Part shown: one piece after another, positions 57,339 to 64,000 of the stretch
Numbering within the stretch: the first letter of the stretch is position 1
How the letters are laid out: the number at the start of each line of letters is the position of its first letter
Source of the DNA: an uncultured Chloroflexia bacterium
GTDB lineage: Bacteria; Chloroflexota; Anaerolineae; Anaerolineales; Villigracilaceae
Assembly (NCBI GenBank): GCA_963826215.1
Contig: CAWGWL010000037.1
Location: forward strand, 27,921-91,920
DNA length: 64,000 bases
Reading direction: 5' to 3'
Program-made: the position numbers and the translations under genes
The notes under the pieces: model-generated
What the model saw: the letters and a program-made list of their open reading frames with translations, nothing else
Told to the model about the DNA's origin: nothing
Database searches by the model: none

Positions 57339-58157
57339 ATGAAACTTTCCATTGTCCTCTCCACCCAACCAGCCCAGTTCGAAGCGGCAACTTTCAAAGG
57401 TGACCTGGAAACAAACCTGCGGAGCATCGCAGCCCTGGGTTATGAGGGGGTTGAATTAGCAATCCGGGATCCCAAGCTTGTCGACATTGGCAACCTGGAG
57501 CGACTAACATCCACATATAAACTATCCGTACCAGCCATTGGCACTGGTCAGGCATGGGGAGAAGAGGGCCTTTCGTTTACCGACCCGGACGCCTCAGTGC
57601 GTCTCGCCGCCATCGAGCGCGTCCGGAGCCACATACCTGTTGCAGCCCGATTCGGAGCAGTAATCATAATTGGACTGATCCGCGGCATCGTCAAAACTGG
57701 TGTAAACCAAGCCCAAGCGATGGAATGGATGGTGGAGGCCTTGCGGCTGTGCAGCTTAGCTGCTCATCCACACGGTGTGCGGCTCGCATTGGAACCAATC
57801 AACCACATCGAGACGACCCTAATCAATACGGTAGCCCAAGGGATCGAATTAACTGAACGAGTAGGGGAGAACAATTTCGGTCTACTGCTTGACACTTACC
57901 ACATGAACCTGGAGGAGAGTGACATCGAGGGAAGCATCCAGCAGTGTGGGGCACGGATTTTCCATTTCCACGTGGCTGACTCCAACCGGTGGTATCCCGG
58001 TGCAGGGCACCTGGATTTCCAATCCATTTTGTCCTCCCTCTTTGCCGGCGGGTATTCGGGATGGGTTTCTGGTGAGTTCATTCCAAAACCAGATGCCGAA
58101 ACTTCCGCAAGGCAGGCCATTAGTAATTTGCGTAAAATATTAAGTATCATCCTTTGA
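57339..58157 (+). CDS. Xylose-isomerase-like TIM-barrel epimerase (tagatose-3-epimerase/IolO-like)
   Basis: LALEPINHIET, LLDTYHMNLEE, FHFHVADSNR and GEF pattern of the D-tagatose-3-epimerase-like branch. Confidence 0.8.
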   Translation: MKLSIVLSTQPAQFEAATFKGDLETNLRSIAALGYEGVELAIRDPKLVDIGNLERLTSTYKLSVPAIGTGQAWGEEGLSFTDPDASVRLAAIERVRSHIPVAARFGAVIIIGLIRGIVKTGVNQAQAMEWMVEALRLCSLAAHPHGVRLALEPINHIETTLINTVAQGIELTERVGENNFGLLLDTYHMNLEESDIEGSIQQCGARIFHFHVADSNRWYPGAGHLDFQSILSSLFAGGYSGWVSGEFIPKPDAETSARQAISNLRKILSIIL

Positions 58158-58194
58158 AATTCCAGCGTTATTTTGAGGATTGTTGAACCAATCC

Positions 58195-58240
58195 ATTCGT
58201 GAGCCATCTGAGTTGCTACGGATATGGATGGCTCACGAAT
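58195..58240 (+). terminator. 14-bp perfect inverted repeat after the last operon gene (possible terminator, weak T-tract)
   Basis: ATTCGTGAGCCATC (58195-58208) and GATGGCTCACGAAT (58227-58240), followed only by TT. Confidence 0.4.
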
Positions 58241-58401
58241 TTAGGGGAGGGAGAGAGTTGGAGAATATATGGGGTGGGATTTTAGAGAGTTGTATAATAT
58301 TAATGTTCGAATAAATCATGAAAACCGCCCGAAAGTAAAATAGATCAGTTTACTCCATATGTATGTACGATGTAGCGACGTATCATAAGGAGGTATTTAA
58401 G

Positions 58402-58884
58402 ATGGAAGACGTGAAAAGGTATACCCTTGAAGAAGCTCAGCAATACTTTGCCAAAACGCTGAATGGGAAAGTGTGGGAATTACTCCAAAAACCAGACCGC
58501 TCAAAGTCAGAAGATGAGCTAATGATTTATGCCGCTCACGCATCCTGTTACCATTGGTTGATTACGGGCACCGGTTTGCACCACCAACGAGGTGAATGGC
58601 TCATCGCGCATGTTTATACTGTACTTGGCATAACCGATGCCGCACTCAGACATGCAGCGCGGTGTCTAGAACTTACAAATGAATTTTCAAGGTCCATGGA
58701 AGGTTTTGACTGGGCTTACTGCTACGAATGCGTGGCTCGAGCCAATGCGTTAGCGGGGAATAGAGATTTAGCCCTTAAGTATATTGAACTTGCCGAAAAG
58801 AATGGGCAAGCCATTAATAACAATGAAGATAAAACCCTTTTCCTGGGTGACTTTAACGGAGGTAGTTGGCACGGGATGAAATGA
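58402..58884 (+). CDS. Hypothetical all-helical (TPR-like) protein
   Basis: 160 aa from ATG 58402 with AAGGAGG 8 nt upstream. No motif recognised. Confidence 0.55.
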   Translation: MEDVKRYTLEEAQQYFAKTLNGKVWELLQKPDRSKSEDELMIYAAHASCYHWLITGTGLHHQRGEWLIAHVYTVLGITDAALRHAARCLELTNEFSRSMEGFDWAYCYECVARANALAGNRDLALKYIELAEKNGQAINNNEDKTLFLGDFNGGSWHGMK

Positions 58885-59123
58885 ATTTCCCTGCCTAATC
58901 ACCACCCCCAATAAAATCCCATTGGGTATGTCAGAAATCCCCAAATATAGCGACGAGCCTATGACAGGAAGATTACATAAATTTTCCTCCAGGAATGAGA
59001 CCGAGGACAGCCAAAATTGCTTGGAATTTTTACACTTTTCGGGACAAGATTGATTTTAAAATTGTTATAATTAGCTCCTTAAACCAATATTTATCTTTTA
59101 TCTTGAAAGAGTGGAGAGAAGAA

Positions 59124-59708
59124 ATGGATTTCGTCCAATTATTCAAACAACGACACGACGTGCTGTATGATTTTTTTCTCGCTGATTTTTGGAAAACCGT
59201 GCCAGTCGACTTGATGCGCCAGAGGCCGCATCCCAGCGTCAATTCTCTCGCCTGGATCTTGTGGCACATGGCCCGGGTGGAAGACGCAGGCATGAACCTG
59301 TTTGTCTCTGAACGCTCCCAAGTCCTGGACGAAGGCGACTGGTTGCGGCGGATGAATTTTCCCTGGCGGCATAACGGGGGTGGAATGGTCTTTACGGAAG
59401 TGGATGACCTGAATCAGCGAATCAATTTAGAAGCATTGCACGGTTATTCAAGGGATGTCCAGCACCGCTCGCAGGAAATCATCGAACAGATCGGCCAAAT
59501 GAACCTGGATGCAACCATGCAACCGGAACGCCTCAAGGTGATCCTATTAGATGAGGGACTGGCTCATTCGAACCCTGAAGAGCTGGTAATATGGTATTCG
59601 GGCTGGTCGAAAGGGAAGTGTTTAATGACCTTCGGTCTTTCCCATCCCTTTCAACATATCGGTGAGATGGGAGTCATAGCAAGCCTGCTCGGAATTGTAT
59701 TTGATTAA
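59124..59708 (+). CDS. DinB-like four-helix-bundle family protein
   Basis: SLAWILWHMARVED... and C-terminal ...HIGEM pattern. GGAGAG upstream of ATG 59124. Confidence 0.5.
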   Translation: MDFVQLFKQRHDVLYDFFLADFWKTVPVDLMRQRPHPSVNSLAWILWHMARVEDAGMNLFVSERSQVLDEGDWLRRMNFPWRHNGGGMVFTEVDDLNQRINLEALHGYSRDVQHRSQEIIEQIGQMNLDATMQPERLKVILLDEGLAHSNPEELVIWYSGWSKGKCLMTFGLSHPFQHIGEMGVIASLLGIVFD

Positions 59709-59756
59709 ATTCGAAGTCCGAATTGGAAACCTGGAATAAGTCGATCAATTCAAAAC

Positions 59757-59792
59757 AAAAACTCCGAGGTTATCCACACGCCCGGAGTTTTG
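59757..59792. terminator. Bidirectional intrinsic terminator between convergent genes
   Basis: AAAACTCCG (59758-59766) and CGGAGTTTT (59783-59791). A-tract and T-tract flanks serve both strands. Confidence 0.6.
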
Positions 59793-59807
59793 AATTACTA
59801 TTTTATT

Positions 59808-60245
59808 TTAGCGGGTACTTACACGTACAAAGGTAAGGGTAGTGTTATCGCTTTCGGCGTAGATCGTTAAGGAATCACCTTCCACAATAAATCTCACTGT
59901 GCCGGTCAGCACCTGGAAGGCCGCGCCTTCCTGTGTCATCAGCGGTTTAGAGCATGCCATCAGGGTTGACGCCAGCGGGCCAAAAACCAATTTATCGTCC
60001 TTCACTGAATAATTACCCGAGAAACCATTACAACCGAGATTTCCGCTTACCTTTCCATCCGTAGCGAAGATCAAGCTAGTTTGCATGCCGGGGGTGGACG
60101 GCGTTTGTTTCCCCACGCTCCCATATGAAACGAGCACCCAGGAAGTCCCGCCCAAGGATGCCCGGGGTAATTTGTATGCACATGCGGAAATGGTTAATCC
60201 TGAAGCAACCAGAATGGCAAAGACTGTCAATGTGATTCTATTCAT
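59808..60245 (-). CDS. META-domain (HslJ-like) lipoprotein
   Basis: Lipobox LTISAC. GTSWVLVSY...GNLGCNGFSGNY...LASTLMAC pattern of META domains. Confidence 0.7.
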   Translation of the reverse strand: MNRITLTVFAILVASGLTISACAYKLPRASLGGTSWVLVSYGSVGKQTPSTPGMQTSLIFATDGKVSGNLGCNGFSGNYSVKDDKLVFGPLASTLMACSKPLMTQEGAAFQVLTGTVRFIVEGDSLTIYAESDNTTLTFVRVSTR

Positions 60246-60362
60246 TTAGCTTTATCCAATGTTTTTTTCAATGGTGAATATCAGTTACCAGACGACCTAC
60301 CGGGTGAAATGTTCCTCACCCGTTATTGCCAGAGGACTCGATTGCCTTATAATATCTTCATT

Positions 60363-61028
60363 ATGAAAAAAGGATCATCTGACTTCATACAAGATGAGCT
60401 CATCAATTCATTGAACCGACTCTGGAAGGATCCGCGGGACCACTCACGCATTTCCCAAACAATCCAATTTCTCAACTCTCAATATGACCTGGATACTAAA
60501 ATTGCGAAGGAATCCGGGGTGATAGAAATTATCGAGCAAATGATCGGCAGGCTGGCAGCTTCCTTTGGAAACACAAAAAACATTGAGAACAAAATAATTC
60601 TTGATATCGCGTGCGGATCGAATACCAGCAAAGCGCCGGCAGCGGTCCATTTAAAAACTCCTTTTGGACGAGTGACATTGGGAGGTGCGAGTAAGGGATA
60701 TACAGCATTATTCGAGCCCTGGTTCTGCCGCATGCTCCTGGATTTGGGAGCGGTACCTGTAGGTGTAGATTTTGGAGATTTAGAGCAAGAATCCTTCAGG
60801 CATTACCGGGTCGATCTCGGGATTCCGGGTGCGCTGGATTTTCTTGCTGATAACTCGTTTGACGCGGTCCAGGATAGCAGGCTTTTTGGATCCCCAGAGT
60901 TCACTGCCCAGTTTCCGCATCAAGCAGACCGGTTGAAGGTGGCCCAAGAAATTCAGCGCCAGGAAAATCGAATTTTAAAAACCGGCGGCATCATCATCCA
61001 TTCAGATGCTGCAGCAATGTTAAGATGA
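60363..61028 (+). CDS. Class I SAM-dependent methyltransferase-like protein
   Basis: ILDIACGSN (motif I-like) and a later acidic loop. Start taken at MKKGSSDF. Confidence 0.5.
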   Translation: MKKGSSDFIQDELINSLNRLWKDPRDHSRISQTIQFLNSQYDLDTKIAKESGVIEIIEQMIGRLAASFGNTKNIENKIILDIACGSNTSKAPAAVHLKTPFGRVTLGGASKGYTALFEPWFCRMLLDLGAVPVGVDFGDLEQESFRHYRVDLGIPGALDFLADNSFDAVQDSRLFGSPEFTAQFPHQADRLKVAQEIQRQENRILKTGGIIIHSDAAAMLR

Positions 61029-61125
61029 TGAGTTTTAATTGAATCCTCAACTTTCCATACTTTCCCACCCTTTTTGCTTGACCGGTGGTTGGGGTAAAGT
61101 CTCCATTAACCAGAGGTAAATTATC

Positions 61126-62382
61126 GTGCGAAATATGAAAAGGCCAATTTTTTTCCTTATCTTTGTTATTGCGCATGTATTTATTCTGAGAAATGTATTC
61201 CTGCTTTCCAAAGACATGCTCAGCGGGGACCATTCCGCGGAGAAACTGATCCCTTTGCCAAGATACGGGTTTGCCAGGATCCCCAACAGTCCATTTACTG
61301 AACAATACCATGCTCAGAATCGGTTGGCAGTGGATTTTGCGCAAATTTATTTTCCTGCGCAACAGATAAACTCCCTGAGCGAAAATTATCAAAGTGGGAC
61401 CCTGGACCCCCTGCAAAGGCCTTCAAGATATGCACCCCTGGTCCACTACCTTTGTTCCATCACGGTTTGCAAGCTGGAATATGGTCCTGCCAGCCTGCTT
61501 CATATGTTCATTCAAGTGTTTATATTTTTCCTGGTTTTCATTTATTCTTTTAAATCATTTAGATTGGAAAAAGGAATACTTCCCGGAATATTGCTGGCAA
61601 ATATCTATTTATTTCTATCCCCAGCAGGCTTATCATGGTTTGAAAGGGGCCAATTTTCGCTTTATGTAGGGGCTGCTTACATCTTGATCATCCTGGGCTT
61701 AATGAAAAGGAATCTCCCCCTTGTCCTATTAGCGGCATTTTTTGCTTTTATCAAATGGACATCCCTCCCAACTATTTTTGTTGTCTTTTCAGTGACCATC
61801 CTGGGTTCTAAAACTTTCGCTGAGGGGAAGAAATACATTATTTTCGCAACGGCGTTTCTGTTGTTCATCATTTGCCTGATATTCTTGTTACCTGCTCCAG
61901 GCCTTGAGTTTCTAAAAGGGTTATGGTTACAGGAACGATTTGCTGCTCCCGGCGGCATTAGTTTGGCGAAGGTCCTGCCAGTTTGGATTGCCAAAACTTT
62001 GCCAATCCCCCTAATCATCCTTGGATATTTACATTTCAAAAAATACCAAAACGTGATTGATCGAACCATCCCGTTTTTGACAGGTTCGACAATCGTTATG
62101 CTCACCTTCCCGACCCTGGCTTATGAATATAACCTTCCCTCCCTGTTTGGTTTCATCCCGCTAATTATGTATTGGGCGGAAATCCCTAACAATCCTATCA
62201 ATGAACCCGCTCGAGATATTATTAAATTTTCTTTCTTTACCTTTGTGTTGCTGGCATCACTTTCCAATTTTATTAACCAGGGATATATCATTATGGGGGA
62301 ATATTTTATTATCGCTTCAATACTTCTCATTTTCCCCCTGTTAATCAAAAACAAGGAGGCTGCCAATCAAAGCAGCCGATAA
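61126..62382 (+). CDS. Polytopic membrane protein, possibly a GT-C-fold (DUF2029/GT87-like) glycosyltransferase
   Basis: ~11 hydrophobic helices and an early extracytoplasmic loop with AVDFAQIYFPA (Asp-x-x-x-Tyr type motif). AT-rich codon usage. Confidence 0.4.
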   Translation: MRNMKRPIFFLIFVIAHVFILRNVFLLSKDMLSGDHSAEKLIPLPRYGFARIPNSPFTEQYHAQNRLAVDFAQIYFPAQQINSLSENYQSGTLDPLQRPSRYAPLVHYLCSITVCKLEYGPASLLHMFIQVFIFFLVFIYSFKSFRLEKGILPGILLANIYLFLSPAGLSWFERGQFSLYVGAAYILIILGLMKRNLPLVLLAAFFAFIKWTSLPTIFVVFSVTILGSKTFAEGKKYIIFATAFLLFIICLIFLLPAPGLEFLKGLWLQERFAAPGGISLAKVLPVWIAKTLPIPLIILGYLHFKKYQNVIDRTIPFLTGSTIVMLTFPTLAYEYNLPSLFGFIPLIMYWAEIPNNPINEPARDIIKFSFFTFVLLASLSNFINQGYIIMGEYFIIASILLIFPLLIKNKEAANQSSR

Positions 62383-62466
62383 TTTAAAAGTCACCGGATA
62401 AACCTAATGGTTGTGAGCAACCCGAAATCTTTTTTATCCGGGATAATTTCATGTTCCCTTTTATAT

Positions 62467-63505
62467 TTATGCCAAATGTAGAAAGATGTGTTCGGCGTTC
62501 CGGAAGTAGACTTTTTCGAGAACATCATCAGGCAGATTCAAACCATGTACATTCCATCGACCCTGCAGAGGAATGGGCGCAGCATTATAGTTGAAATATT
62601 CATCTTCGGTCTCGAGAAACCGATAGATGACCCGATACGCTTCCGGATAAGGGCCAAAATCTGAGCCAAAGAGAATGCGGTCAGCGTAGCGCAAAAAGAA
62701 GCGCCGGGCTGAATACGGCTGGCGGCCTAATTCACCGGTCCGAGCAGAAATGTCCACGTGGAAGTTTGGACAGCGGTCCAGTAAAGCTCCAACCCAGGTC
62801 AGGTTCTCAGCATAGCAACCCACATGGGCACCAATGAACGTGGTTTGCGGGTGACGGGAGACGATGGAAGCAAGGCCTGAGACGATATGCATAAAGGTCG
62901 GAAAGGGAGGGCTGGGGAAAGCCCAGTCGGGGTGATTGTTAAGTCTCCTCCCAGCGTTCATTAGTCTCATCAAGTGGGTCAAAAAAAGCAACCGGGTCTG
63001 CAACATGGATTACCACCGGAAACCCAAGTTCCCCTGCACTTTGCCAGATGGGGACGAGGCGCGGGTCATCAACATTAACTAGTTTTCGCTTGTGATCCCT
63101 GACTTGAAGGCCCAGAGCTTTCCAGATTTTCAAGCCTTCGGCACCTCGTTCTTTTTGGATTCTCAACCTGCCTGCCGCCCATTCAGGAAAGGAATCTCCC
63201 TTTTCCGCCCACTGCGACCAGTCCACACCGCCGAAGACCAGGAAACGATCAGGCGCAGGCTGCTTGAAATGTTCCAGGTGGGTGTTAAGGATTTGTTCAC
63301 CCCAACCTCCATCCAGATCCAGGTAACGCACAACACCAGACTGGTCGAGCAAGTCAAGCAATTGGGGCAATGGGCGCTGATCCCAGCCGCCCCCAAATTC
63401 TTCCCCAAGGTGGTTGTGAGCATCGAAGACTGAAAAGCGAGGTTTCTCCACCAAGGTTTTTTTAGTAACCATTTTGGAGTTAGGATTAAAGTTTTGAAAC
63501 AGCAT
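62467..63505 (-). pseudogene. Amidohydrolase-2-type TIM-barrel metal-dependent hydrolase, frame broken once as assembled
   Basis: FDAHNHLG (HxH) and VVIHVADP in ORF 62939..63505, ending ...NERWEET-TAA. The sense continues LNNHPDWAF...GAHVG...HVDISAR...FGSDFG in ORF 62467..63006. Confidence 0.75.
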
Positions 63506-63884
63506 AGTTTATATTTGGGATCCTGGATTCTGAATTTTTTTGTTAATAGAACTCCCAAACCACTCGACATATTCTCGCATGTTTCATGAGCAAATTCAAG
63601 TGACTAATTTCATATTTGCCAATAATAATAAGGGCTGGGTAATTTTCCCTGGTTTCGTGAACCCCAACAAGACTTCAAATGCGCTCTTTTGGTATTATCC
63701 ACTTTTTTCCGGATGGTTTGCTCTCAAATTACGCGGATTAGACCAGCATTAGAGACGTTTACACCCCGCAACTAATCCACCTCGAGAGCGTTATAATTCC
63801 AAACAATCCCCCCAAAACGACAACCTGTCTAGTCAACCATGCCCTGAACAGTGGAAATTCTTTTTGCATTGGAGATTTTTGTCC

Positions 63885-64000
63885 ATGAAAGCTACCCCGA
63901 AAAACACAAACCTGATCCTCGAACAAAAACTTCAGACAGTTCCCATCGCGGTTATTGGTATGTCGTCCATTTTCCCGCAGGCTCATAACCTTCAAGAGTA
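63885..64000 (+). CDS. 5' end (38 codons) of a beta-ketoacyl-synthase/PKS- or PUFA-synthase-type gene, truncated by the window edge
   Basis: My translation: MKATPKNTNLILEQKLQTVPIAVIGMSSIFPQAHNLQE. PIAVIGMSxxFP followed by NLxE(F/Y)W is the usual start of type-I KS domains. GGAG 10 nt upstream. Confidence 0.4.
   Translation, partial: MKATPKNTNLILEQKLQTVPIAVIGMSSIFPQAHNLQE

Noticed and set aside
63759-63995. 78-aa minus-strand ORF at the right edge
   Set aside because: It is antisense to a plus-strand reading frame that has a Shine-Dalgarno and a recognisable ketosynthase N-terminal motif.
1-64000. Scanned intergenic regions for tRNA/rRNA genes, CRISPR repeat-spacer arrays, IS/transposase or integrase genes, and recognisable riboswitches
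   Set aside because: None was seen. Intergenic regions are short (mostly under 270 nt) and are accounted for by promoters, operators and hairpins. The 5' leader at 19000-19088 contains a small hairpin, but I could not match it to any riboswitch class.

Overview
Gene-dense 64-kb bacterial chromosomal window with about 58 protein genes. I saw no rRNA, tRNA, CRISPR array, transposase or integrase.

- **Block 1 (1-18.8 kb, minus strand):** a P-type ATPase and several small regulators (2x ArsR, XRE-cupin, Crp/Fnr, and an OmpR/HK pair with a Gly/Met-rich PepSY partner). It also holds a ~9.5-kb, 10-gene respiratory operon: ArsR, triheme cytochrome c, split YeeE/YedE pair, PsrABC-like molybdopterin oxidoreductase, cytochrome b, 8-9-heme cytochrome c, Rieske protein.
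- **Block 2 (20.2-41.3 kb, minus strand):** an 18-gene island in which nearly every product handles a phosphoester. It has six HAD domains (all lacking the Asp+2 of motif I), an ApgM-type mutase, a circularly permuted GpmI-like mutase, two tandem PRK/Udk-like kinases with an unknown N-domain, a PfkB kinase, an RpiR(SIS) regulator, an Afu/Fbp-type ABC importer, an MFS carrier and a DUF47+PiT phosphate carrier.
- **Block 3 (41.5-58.2 kb, plus strand):** LacI-controlled sugar-acid/inositol-type catabolic genes (UxaE-family epimerase, SDR, LarA-family protein, Gnd, KdgK-like kinase, an IolG/IolM/IolN/IolO-like set, GlcDF). The same 14-bp palindrome precedes both transcription units.
- **Block 4 (58.2-64 kb):** an AT-richer miscellany ending in the first 38 codons of a ketosynthase/PKS-type gene.

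Ten genes carry eleven single-base frame disruptions, several of them in short homopolymers. This looks like indel-prone sequencing rather than gene decay. The gene content resembles Chloroflexota/Anaerolineae-like anaerobes, but that is a guess I cannot verify here.
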